Shown: piece by piece, positions 55,029 through 63,171 of the stretch
Numbering within the stretch: the first letter of the stretch is position 1
Layout: each line of letters starts with the position of its first letter
Source: a virus
Lineage: Duplodnaviria > Heunggongvirae > Uroviricota > Caudoviricetes
DNA: 64,000 nucleotides
Virus record (IMG/VR): IMGVR_UViG_3300043466_001354
Strand: one strand, 5' to 3'
The notes under the pieces: model-generated
Told to the model about the DNA's origin: nothing
The model's database searches: none
Seen by the model: only the letters and a program-made list of their open reading frames with translations
Translations under genes and position numbers: made by a program

Positions 55029-56309
55029 TTAGAATAGATCTGATTCTGTGAATGACTTTGTCTTCTTTGAGTATGCAGTGCTACGCTTGACGAAGAAGTC
55101 AACGTTCTTTGTGCTGAGGATTTCTTCAACAAACCAGTTCGTGCTCTTCACTACATTGACATCGGTTTCATAGATAGGTTTAAGGTCGATTGCCTGAAGC
55201 GACTGATTGAAACGGTGCTTGAGGAATTCTTTTACGGTTTCTTTCGGAAGAAAGTCAAGATCCGAATCACCATAGATCCAATCAACGATCATAGCTTCTG
55301 CCTTATATGCTTCTTTGCAGAGACGGTTGACTTCGGATATGGTATCCTTGTTCCACCAGTCTGGGTTCTCTGCTTTAATGATATTCACGAGTTCGAAACC
55401 AAAACGAGCGTGAATGTCTTCTTCTTTTGAGGTAGCTTCAACAGCGTTAGAGATACCCTTAAGGACGTTCTTATGTTTATTGAATGCCATCATAATAAGG
55501 AACTGAGAGAATAGCGATACATTTTCAACGAACATAGAAAAGAGAATGATCTTATGGAAGTAGTCCTTATCATCAACTGGAGTCTGAAGCGACTGCTCGA
55601 GATATGCGATACGCTTCTTAATCGCTGGTACTTCAACTAGGTTCTCAAACTCAGAGTTAAGACCCATTATCTCAAGAAGGTTTGAATACGCATCAGCATG
55701 ACGAACTTCAGACTCACCAAAGGTAACACCAACGGCTTGTACTTCTGGCTTTGGCATCTTATCGCCAACCTTCGCCCAGAACGTTTTGACTTGAACTTCG
55801 ATCTGAGAGATAGCAAGCATTGCCTTCTTTACAATATCTGCTTCCTGAGGAGTCATACGAACCTTCATATCCTGAATGTCGGATGAATAGTTAAACTCTG
55901 TATGAACCCAATAGGAATGGCGGATTGCTTCAAGGTACTCGATGAGTTGTGGATATTCGTAAGGTTTAAGATTTGTTCTCTTACGAAAGATACTTGGCAT
56001 ATTGTTATAACGATAGAGGATGTATTCTCGAGCGAGATCGTGCAGACCCATATCCATGATTACGTTTTCAACTGTTCTATGAATTGCGTCGACGCTTACG
56101 ATAACATCATTGAGAGCATCGCTGTTAAGTTTATCGGCCACTTCCAATGAAACTTCTTCTGGTATAGTTTTACTTTTAATTCCAACTGATCTCATAGCTT
56201 TTGAAACTGCGGTAACAATTTTATTTCTATCGAAGTTTTCAGTTGAACCGTCTCTTTTCGAAACATAGCTCACTGTCTTTCTTATTTCGTTATTCGAAAC
56301 GTCCAGCAT
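55029..56309 (-). CDS. nrdB: Ribonucleotide reductase small subunit NrdB with an N-terminal ATP-cone
   Basis: N-terminal about 90 aa match the ATP-cone (VSKRDGSTENFDRNKIVTAVSKA...LAREYILYR); the R2 ferritin-like E..H motif follows (SEVRHADAYS). Confidence 0.8.
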   Translation of the reverse strand: MLDVSNNEIRKTVSYVSKRDGSTENFDRNKIVTAVSKAMRSVGIKSKTIPEEVSLEVADKLNSDALNDVIVSVDAIHRTVENVIMDMGLHDLAREYILYRYNNMPSIFRKRTNLKPYEYPQLIEYLEAIRHSYWVHTEFNYSSDIQDMKVRMTPQEADIVKKAMLAISQIEVQVKTFWAKVGDKMPKPEVQAVGVTFGESEVRHADAYSNLLEIMGLNSEFENLVEVPAIKKRIAYLEQSLQTPVDDKDYFHKIILFSMFVENVSLFSQFLIMMAFNKHKNVLKGISNAVEATSKEEDIHARFGFELVNIIKAENPDWWNKDTISEVNRLCKEAYKAEAMIVDWIYGDSDLDFLPKETVKEFLKHRFNQSLQAIDLKPIYETDVNVVKSTNWFVEEILSTKNVDFFVKRSTAYSKKTKSFTESDLF

Positions 56310-56466
56310 GCGTAAGTACCTCTTATCGTTATTAGTGAAAATGAATCAACACCCTACGAATAGGGTTTATCAAATACATATATTGTGGATTTTAGTCTGT
56401 TTTAGTCAACATGTAGTATTTATTCTTATCTCAAGAGCTTTTTGAAGTTATATACAATATTTTACT

Positions 56467-57357
56467 TCACACTGCCATGTCCATTTTGATAGTTGAATGA
56501 TGAAAATAGTTTATAAGTTGAAACTTATTTACGTCGTCGAGTCTAAATCCGTTCTTAAGTCTATCCATGAGATCAAAGTCGGTGTCTATGTGTAGAGTAG
56601 GAAGAGGAAACTCTTCGCGAGTCAATTGTTCTCTTACTTGTTCGATATGGTTCGTATAGATATGTGCGTCTCCGATAGTATGAACAAAATCGCCAACGCC
56701 TAGATTACATTCTTTTGCTATGATATGAGTTAATAGAGAGTATGAAGCAATGTTAAATGGAATTCCGAGACCGGCGTCGCCGCTTCTCTGATACATCTGG
56801 CAACTCAACTTACCGTTAACGACCCGAAACTGCGTGAGTACGTGACAGGGCGGTAGGGCCATTTCGGAGGTCTGTAGAGGGTTCCATGCTGAAAGGATAA
56901 TTCTTCTTGAGTCAGGGTTGGTTTGTATCTGTCGGATAACATCCACGATCTGGTCGACTCCCCAGTCTCCACCCTTGATGTTGTTGAAGTTGCGCCACTG
57001 AGCTCCATAGACTGGGCCAAGCTCTTTGGTGAATTCATTGTTGATGTATCCAAGAGCCTTCCCTTGAGTGTCGGCATTGGCGGTCCAAATTGTAGATCTT
57101 CCGATAAGGTCGACGCGATGTTTGTTAAAAGTGAGTTCCGCCAAACGCCGTTCGTCTGTTCCACCTTCGAGGAACCAGAGTAGTTCTCCAACGACTGCTT
57201 TCCATGCGAGCTTTTTTGTCGTAACTGCAGGGAATCCGTCTTGTAAATTAAATCGCATTTGGTAACCGAATATGGATCTTGTCCCTGTTCCTGTCCTGTC
57301 ATTTACGTCCTCTCCGTACTCTAGGATATCTTCGAGTAATTTATGATACTGTTTCAT
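56467..57357 (-). CDS. td: Thymidylate synthase ThyA (T4 td-like)
   Basis: Classic ThyA blocks DRTGTGT.S.FG.Q.RF and LPPCH..F.F; 296 aa. Confidence 0.9.
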   Translation of the reverse strand: MKQYHKLLEDILEYGEDVNDRTGTGTRSIFGYQMRFNLQDGFPAVTTKKLAWKAVVGELLWFLEGGTDERRLAELTFNKHRVDLIGRSTIWTANADTQGKALGYINNEFTKELGPVYGAQWRNFNNIKGGDWGVDQIVDVIRQIQTNPDSRRIILSAWNPLQTSEMALPPCHVLTQFRVVNGKLSCQMYQRSGDAGLGIPFNIASYSLLTHIIAKECNLGVGDFVHTIGDAHIYTNHIEQVREQLTREEFPLPTLHIDTDFDLMDRLKNGFRLDDVNKFQLINYFHHSTIKMDMAV

Positions 57358-57863
57358 CTTTTAACCCACTTTGTAATAATTCCAAAACTTAAAACTTCTA
57401 CGCTACCCATATGAAACTGTTCCGTGATCTTTTGTTTAGGAAGGAATGTATCGCAATCATAAACACCGCCGACATCGTTTAACCAGAGTTCATCAATGAT
57501 TTCAAGACAACTCTCAACGAGCTGCGCACCACCGATGATCCAGATTTTAGAATGATCCGAGTATCGTTTCACAATCTTATCTTTAATTACTTCTACAATA
57601 TCATTGCCGCCATACGTACCATGATAGCCACGCGAAATATTATTCGAAGACGAGATAACGTAGTTGAGTCTATTAGGTAATGGCTTGACGTGTAGACTCT
57701 CCCAAGTCTTTCTACCCATCACAACGACACCACCGAGCGTCTTTTCTTTAAACCATTTAAGATCATCGCTATTCTTTGGCCAAGGAAGATCACCGTCCTT
57801 TCCAATTCCCCAAAAAGCATCGTGAGCTAAAATAGCATTTACATTCTTCATACTTTTCTCCAT
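57354..57863 (-). CDS. frd: Dihydrofolate reductase
   Basis: IGKDGDLPW, VVMGRKT..S and WIIGG motifs. Confidence 0.85.
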   Translation of the reverse strand: MEKSMKNVNAILAHDAFWGIGKDGDLPWPKNSDDLKWFKEKTLGGVVVMGRKTWESLHVKPLPNRLNYVISSSNNISRGYHGTYGGNDIVEVIKDKIVKRYSDHSKIWIIGGAQLVESCLEIIDELWLNDVGGVYDCDTFLPKQKITEQFHMGSVEVLSFGIITKWVKR

Positions 57864-58855
57864 GATGCTAACTTAAGTGTCGCTTGAAGACCCTTATAAG
57901 TGTTTTCTCGAATGACTTCTTCAACGTTTGATATACCGTTTAGAACCATTTCATTTATATCCTTGCCAGGCACGCTAGAGGGCCATACGCACACTCGATA
58001 ACCGGCGTTGATGAGCCTCTCAATCCTTTTATGGATCTCTTTATTCCGAGGCTCAGCATCGAATACAAAGATCGCGTTGTCAGCTCTTTTCAGACCACTT
58101 ACGTTTCCGTCAGCACCTGCCATTGCAACAGCGTTTGAAAGAAACATACAGTCGAGAGCACCTTCAACTACGAAGTATGTCTGTTCAAAATTTACAGTGT
58201 CGAGGCCAAAGATCTTAGAACGTTCTTCAAACATAATGGTAATGTATCTTACGCCGTTCGGATCAAAACCACGAGCCGACACACCAAACATCTTTCCGTT
58301 CTCATCAAAGAATGGAATTACGAGACGAGGTTCGTCTTTGCCTACGTTCTCAAACTTATTTGGAATAATGCTATTGATCCAAGTTTTAAACTTTGGGGCA
58401 AAATACATTCGATAGTGGTGCTGTGGTGGAATTCCTCTTTTCATTACGTACTTTTTAAGAGGATGATCCGTGGATAGTTGACTCACCTTCTTAAGTTGTT
58501 TAAGAGGGTCAACATTGAACACAGGCTTTTCAAATTTTGTTTTTTCTAAGATGGACGCATCGGACTTCTTCGCGTCCTTCACAAACTTTTCTGCGATGTA
58601 ATCATTATATGCCATACCGTCAATACTCTTGAGAAAGTACGAGAACGATTGGCTTGCGCCGCAGTTATGGCAGTAGAAGTGGAAGCTGTTATCTTTTTCG
58701 AGCAGCCAGCCTCGTGCCTTCGTCTTTGACGTCTGAGAGTCGCCGCAGACAGGGCACCTGAAGTTTATCTTATACGGATTCGTCGACCGAACTTTAAACC
58801 GATCCAATCGGCTCGAAAGCATAGTCGCGTATTGGAGATCTACAAAATCTACCAC
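57848..58855 (-). CDS. 61: DNA primase (T4 gp61-like; zinc-binding plus TOPRIM domains)
   Basis: N-terminal CPVCGD...H..C..C zinc ribbon; TOPRIM region EGALD ... FDAEPRN; GTG start with a GAGG RBS. Confidence 0.7.
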   Translation of the reverse strand: MVDFVDLQYATMLSSRLDRFKVRSTNPYKINFRCPVCGDSQTSKTKARGWLLEKDNSFHFYCHNCGASQSFSYFLKSIDGMAYNDYIAEKFVKDAKKSDASILEKTKFEKPVFNVDPLKQLKKVSQLSTDHPLKKYVMKRGIPPQHHYRMYFAPKFKTWINSIIPNKFENVGKDEPRLVIPFFDENGKMFGVSARGFDPNGVRYITIMFEERSKIFGLDTVNFEQTYFVVEGALDCMFLSNAVAMAGADGNVSGLKRADNAIFVFDAEPRNKEIHKRIERLINAGYRVCVWPSSVPGKDINEMVLNGISNVEEVIRENTYKGLQATLKLASWRKV

Positions 58856-58889
58856 GTTGCCTCACATTAGTTGCATGATATTGAATTAC

Positions 58890-58917
58890 AATATATTCCA
58901 TATATCCCAAATGTCAA
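58890..58917 (-). promoter_or_regulatory. Early promoter TTGACA-16-TATATT upstream of primase
   Basis: aaatgtcaacc core shared with the cassette family. Confidence 0.4.
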
Positions 58918-59381
58918 CCAAAAAGTGACATCAGGGATTCATATCTGTCAAAGAGGAAGATCAAGACCGCGGCTGCACCGAGGATCCACCATCTCCAGTT
59001 TTCAAGGGCTTGTATTCTTGCATCCTGAGTCTCAAGTTTTGCAGTTATGACCGTATGCATATTCTGTATTGACTCTAATACTTCTTTGTGACGACGTTCT
59101 CTTTGTATCTGAGCGTCCTCTCTCATGTCGGCGATTACTTTGCTGAGTTCTTTACGATGCTCAGCCTCATCATCGGCATGTTTAATAAAGGTATCTTCTA
59201 GGTTTTCAATTCTTCTTTCAGCGTTCTCAAGAATCTTCTCTTGAACCGCAGCTATCTTATGTAGCTCGGCCATGTCACCAACTGCGTGGTCGACTTTATT
59301 AAATACTCTCTCTATCTGTTTAATGTCTTTTTTGATAAGAGCGACATCTGTCTTTAGAACGTTTACTTCGGTGTCAGTCAT
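58914..59381 (-). CDS. Coiled-coil protein with a C-terminal TM anchor (possible lysis regulator or holin-like)
   Basis: Long heptad-repeat region then WRWWILGAAAVLIFLF; preceded by TATAAATA plus a hairpin. Confidence 0.35.
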   Translation of the reverse strand: MTDTEVNVLKTDVALIKKDIKQIERVFNKVDHAVGDMAELHKIAAVQEKILENAERRIENLEDTFIKHADDEAEHRKELSKVIADMREDAQIQRERRHKEVLESIQNMHTVITAKLETQDARIQALENWRWWILGAAAVLIFLFDRYESLMSLFG

Positions 59382-59452
59382 TTTGTTTCCTGAAAGAAAT
59401 CACATTCTATAAAGAACAATGGCCCCTGAAGGGCCATCTAAAACCAATCGAG

Positions 59453-59460
59453 ACTATTTA
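59453..59460 (-). promoter_or_regulatory. T4-type late promoter TATAAATA on the minus strand
   Basis: Exact late box between the spanin genes and 58914..59381; hairpin ATGGCCC-CTGAA-GGGCCAT at 59417-59437. Confidence 0.4.
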
Positions 59461-59464
59461 TATT

Positions 59465-59821
59465 TTAGTCCCACTGCTTTTCATATATCACAATGATTTC
59501 TTTTTGCTGCTGTATGTATGCTCGAATGTCACTTAAGTTGAGAGAAATGTTCTCATAGTCCTTCGCTGTGAGAGCAAAGAGAACTTTGTCTCCCTTTACC
59601 TTTGAGAAAATTTCTTCTGCGTTTTCGGGTGTAATGACCGCGAATTTTACTTCTCTTAGATTCAATTCGTCAGGGGTTGGAACCGACGGTTTCGGAGGTT
59701 TCACTATTTGTGTCTCCGTTATTATCTTCGGTGGTGGTTCCACTGGCGCTGGGCGTGAGCATGCCGCTAGCGACAAGACGATCATAAATCCAAGGACACT
59801 CGCTGTTAAACGCTCTTGCAT
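59465..59821 (-). CDS. o-spanin-like outer-membrane lipoprotein
   Basis: Signal peptide with lipobox LAAC; Pro-rich mature N-terminus; overlaps the i-spanin in a different frame. Confidence 0.5.
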   Translation of the reverse strand: MQERLTASVLGFMIVLSLAACSRPAPVEPPPKIITETQIVKPPKPSVPTPDELNLREVKFAVITPENAEEIFSKVKGDKVLFALTAKDYENISLNLSDIRAYIQQQKEIIVIYEKQWD

Positions 59822-60245
59822 TCTTTGCTTCCTTTTCTTTGTCTGTTAGAACCGATCCAGACTCAAGTTCAAAACATCTCATTGCTTTTTCAGCTGCGCT
59901 GTTTAGTATCTTTTCAACCAAACCCGGTTTTGCAGCTGCGAGGACATCCAACTCGTGCTTTCCGAGTCTGTCTCTCAATTCGTTATTCTGACGACGTATT
60001 TCCGTAAAGTTATTCTGAAGCGCAGCAAAGTTCTCCTGTGCCTGCTGATAACCAGCCTGAAGATTATTAATCGTAGCGATGTTCTGTTTGTTCACTTGTT
60101 CCATCTGTTCAACATTCGCCATAAGAGTGGCGTTATATTGAGTAAGCTGCTCTATCTTGGCTTGCGTGGAGGTGTAATAATAGTATACGCCTCCACTTAC
60201 CATAGAAGCCGCCATAAACATTGCTATGATGATATAGATCTTCAT
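59670..60245 (-). CDS. i-spanin-like protein (N-terminal TM plus periplasmic coiled coil)
   Basis: N-terminal TM helix then a Q/N/A-rich coiled coil; 152-nt out-of-frame overlap with the lipoprotein gene. Confidence 0.5.
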   Translation of the reverse strand: MKIYIIIAMFMAASMVSGGVYYYYTSTQAKIEQLTQYNATLMANVEQMEQVNKQNIATINNLQAGYQQAQENFAALQNNFTEIRRQNNELRDRLGKHELDVLAAAKPGLVEKILNSAAEKAMRCFELESGSVLTDKEKEAKNARAFNSECPWIYDRLVASGMLTPSASGTTTEDNNGDTNSETSETVGSNP

Positions 60246-60452
60246 TTATTTTTTGGCTTCGTCTTCGTCCTCATCTTCTTCGTCTTCGTCTTCGTCTTCA
60301 TCTTCCTCTTCTTCATCTTCGTCTTCTTCGTCATCAGACATCTTTGCTTCGAGAGCAAGACGAATACGTGCTGCAAGCTCTGCTTCTAGAGCTTCCTTCA
60401 TCGCTAGAGGATTTTTATCAACTGAATGCTTTATAATATCAGTAACAGACAT
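60246..60452 (-). CDS. Small protein with a poly-Asp/Glu C-terminal tail (DNA-mimic or acidic-tail candidate)
   Basis: MSDDEEDEDEEEEDEDEDEDEEDEDEDEAKK encoded by GAA/GAC/GAG triplet repeats. Confidence 0.5.
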   Translation of the reverse strand: MSVTDIIKHSVDKNPLAMKEALEAELAARIRLALEAKMSDDEEDEDEEEEDEDEDEDEEDEDEDEAKK

Positions 60453-60492
60453 TTTTGTCTCCTTTTCTATTAGGTTTCTAACCTACTATTTA

Positions 60493-61386
60493 TTATTTGA
60501 GTAGCTTTGCTAGAGTCGCTGGCCCAGCGACACCGTCGGCTTCTAATCCATTCTCTCGCTGCCACTTCTTGAGTGCGCCGGCAGTTCCAAAACCAAAGTC
60601 ACCGTCTGCGGCAATTCCGAGAGCTTGCTGCATTCTTTTAACATCGTCGCCCTTCATCCCTCTCGTGAGAGTTCTCTGGGCAGCCTTAGGAGCAGCGGCC
60701 GCTGGTTTTGCTGCCGACGCTGGTTTTGCTTGCTCAGTAACAGGAGGTGCAGAAACCTTACCGCCAAGTAGTGCTTTCGCTTTTGTATAACGAGTAGTAC
60801 GATCTTCAAGACCAATCGTTCCACCATTGATTTTCTTAGTCATTCCAACAATGTCGTCTGCATCTGCAAACTTAGCGATGTTGTTCGTTTTCCAGAACCA
60901 GCATGCGGACTCAAGAGCACCTTTCTTTGTGTCAAGATAAGCTGATGCCTGTTCTGCGGTCATGTTAACAGTCTTTGCGAATGCGGTGTAGTTATTACGT
61001 CCAGTTAACTGCTTAACTCCGCGACCACGGAATCTCCAACCATCTCCTGCTTGAGTATTTCCCATAGCACCCTGCTTACTTCTAAACTCGTCCATATAGA
61101 CGTAGTTCGCAATCTTCTCTGGGTTCTTTGCATACTCAGCTGCATTGCGCTTTCCAGCTCCGAAGTAGCGTGGGAATACCTTGAGAAGAGTTTCTTCACG
61201 ATAGTTAAGGTTCTCTTCAAGCATTGTAAAGTCAGCTGACTCGTGAGCACACTGTGCCATGAAAGCCGCAATGCGAAGTGGTGTTGTGATTTCATACTTT
61301 TCAAACATGTCGATAGCTACATCATACCATTCTTTAGCTTCTTTATTCTTCGGTATCATTGCGCTGAACTGTTCTAATGTAATCAT
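60493..61386 (-). CDS. Endolysin: GH19 chitinase-like lysozyme domain plus C-terminal peptidoglycan-binding domain
   Basis: AAFMAQCAHESADF GH19 catalytic region; C-terminal GDDVKRMQQALG...DGDFG...AL..WQ PG_binding_1 repeat. Confidence 0.75.
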   Translation of the reverse strand: MITLEQFSAMIPKNKEAKEWYDVAIDMFEKYEITTPLRIAAFMAQCAHESADFTMLEENLNYREETLLKVFPRYFGAGKRNAAEYAKNPEKIANYVYMDEFRSKQGAMGNTQAGDGWRFRGRGVKQLTGRNNYTAFAKTVNMTAEQASAYLDTKKGALESACWFWKTNNIAKFADADDIVGMTKKINGGTIGLEDRTTRYTKAKALLGGKVSAPPVTEQAKPASAAKPAAAAPKAAQRTLTRGMKGDDVKRMQQALGIAADGDFGFGTAGALKKWQRENGLEADGVAGPATLAKLLK

Positions 61387-61937
61387 GTGTTTGCTCCTAT
61401 TATATCTCTAAGTCTCTTAGGACCGGGGTTCTTCTTTTTATACTTCTTCATCTGCGAAGGTGTTAATCCAGGTTCGCCCTGCGGTCCAACACCGAGACCA
61501 GCTATGTTACCAGACCCGACATTTACTGTCGGTTCTTCTATCATTTTTTCCTTGACATCTTCTTCTATACCGATATAATAGCAATATCTGCTAAAAAATA
61601 AATCTAGAGATTCATCGAGTTGCTCATCGGTGATAGACTCAGTGAGTAAAGAATCCTCGGAAAAATGGTTCCACTCTTTTATGAGCCACAACGCAGCAGT
61701 GTATGAAGCAAGACGAGTGGAACCACCTGGGATCTTTGCAAGAAGCTTCTTAAGCTTTAGCACCATAAGATCGAATATACCAAAGGAATCTTTTTCACCT
61801 CTAGTGTTTCTTTCTTTTTTCTTCTTTAGAATATTTCCATCTTTATCGATTACGCCTTGTGCATACGCTTCCCATTTTTCAAATGGAGTTGTAAGTCTAC
61901 GAATAAAGCTATATACAAGGAAAAGATCTACGACCAT
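61383..61937 (-). CDS. Hypothetical protein
   Basis: 184-aa ORF coupled to the endolysin. Confidence 0.4.
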   Translation of the reverse strand: MVVDLFLVYSFIRRLTTPFEKWEAYAQGVIDKDGNILKKKKERNTRGEKDSFGIFDLMVLKLKKLLAKIPGGSTRLASYTAALWLIKEWNHFSEDSLLTESITDEQLDESLDLFFSRYCYYIGIEEDVKEKMIEEPTVNVGSGNIAGLGVGPQGEPGLTPSQMKKYKKKNPGPKRLRDIIGANT

Positions 61938-61939
61938 TG

Positions 61940-62314
61940 TTAGATGCCTTTAAGAGTTTCTTCAATTGTTCTATCGGATTCGATATGGTTGTTGTGTATC
62001 TTTTTATTTTCATACTCTATGAAAGCGGGCATGAAGTTTAAGTATTCAACAAACGGTTTTAAGTATTTATGATACTCTTCTAGCTTCATAAAGAGCATGT
62101 TCGTAGCATCTACACCAAAACAATTATACAGAATGATAAGATGATTGAGAATCAACCTTTCCTTAAGATCTCCTGTCTGCTTATATCTACTAAAAAGCTT
62201 TCGTAAGTACTGAAATCTTTTTAGGTCTTCCTCAAACTCTGCTATGTCTGAACAATGCGGATTATCATAGTGTTTTGCAGCGTAGAGAAGAAAGGTTGAT
62301 TCTCCTAGTTTCAT
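61940..62314 (-). CDS. Hypothetical protein
   Basis: 124-aa ORF. Confidence 0.4.
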   Translation of the reverse strand: MKLGESTFLLYAAKHYDNPHCSDIAEFEEDLKRFQYLRKLFSRYKQTGDLKERLILNHLIILYNCFGVDATNMLFMKLEEYHKYLKPFVEYLNFMPAFIEYENKKIHNNHIESDRTIEETLKGI

Positions 62315-62320
62315 TTCAAA

Positions 62321-62944
62321 TTATGATGCAGTTACCGTTAGTACTGCGGTAGAAGATGTTACAACAGTAGGTGTATTATTTGGTGCTGAAACAAGTACAC
62401 GATACTTATCGCCGTTAGTTGCGCCAGATCCTGGTGCCACTGCAGTTACACCTGTGGTATAGCTAGCGGCGTTCGTACCTACGTTAGTCCATGTAGTTCC
62501 AGATTCGTTAGATTGCTGAATCTGCCACTGGTAAGTAAGTGTTGCGGTAGGTGTCGCTGTTGCGGTAACAGTAAATGTTGCAGTGTTAGGTGCAACTCGT
62601 GAAACGCTAGCTGGTTGTACTGTAATCGCAATGATAGTGTCAGGTACAGTAGTATCTTCAATATTAGTGTTACCGCTAATACCTAGGTCGCCTGCGGCTG
62701 CAGCTGTTACCTTCATCACGATAAGCGGTTCAGCTTTGTGACGTGTATTTCCAGTTCCATCGACGTATGTATGATAAAGGTTCCAGCCAGGAGTACCTAG
62801 GCCTTTTGCTATGTTTGAAGCAACTGCTGCTTCTGTTAGGTCAACGAAGAATGCGTTGTCTAGGTCGTTGGACTTGTTTGGATCGTTAGCATTGAGCCAC
62901 TTAGGCACCGAAGCTAGCGTATCTGTTTTTCCCCATAAACTCAT
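62321..62944 (-). CDS. Ig-like domain protein (Hoc-like decoration protein candidate)
   Basis: T/A/V-rich beta-strand pattern (TATFTVTATATPTATLTYQWQ) typical of Ig-like/BIG domains. Confidence 0.4.
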   Translation of the reverse strand: MSLWGKTDTLASVPKWLNANDPNKSNDLDNAFFVDLTEAAVASNIAKGLGTPGWNLYHTYVDGTGNTRHKAEPLIVMKVTAAAAGDLGISGNTNIEDTTVPDTIIAITVQPASVSRVAPNTATFTVTATATPTATLTYQWQIQQSNESGTTWTNVGTNAASYTTGVTAVAPGSGATNGDKYRVLVSAPNNTPTVVTSSTAVLTVTAS

Positions 62945-63171
62945 TTTATTTTCTCCTTATTATTGAGTTTTGTTTTTTCATGATGTTTTTTATTTAACTC
63001 AATATCAGTCTGTTCTTTTATTCCGTATGGATCGAAGTTATTTATGACATCTTCGATCCATTTTCCGTTCAGTACTTCTATTACTCTACGAAACACCTGA
63101 CTATTCAACTTAATCTGTAGCACGAACCTTTGGTTCACCAGCGATCGAAGGGTATGCTTTCTTACCAGCAA
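62941..63171 (-). CDS. Hypothetical protein
   Basis: 76-aa ORF. Confidence 0.3.
   Translation of the reverse strand: MLVRKHTLRSLVNQRFVLQIKLNSQVFRRVIEVLNGKWIEDVINNFDPYGIKEQTDIELNKKHHEKTKLNNKEKIK

Noticed and set aside
56805-57302. 165-aa ORF inside td in another frame
   Set aside because: It lies on the same strand as thymidylate synthase in a different frame. The ThyA frame has every conserved block intact, so this is not an intron or homing-endonuclease insertion.
60253-60504. 83-aa poly-Ser plus-strand ORF
   Set aside because: It is the reverse complement of the GAx triplet-repeat tract that encodes the poly-Asp/Glu tail of 60246..60452. It has no start context and opposes local transcription.
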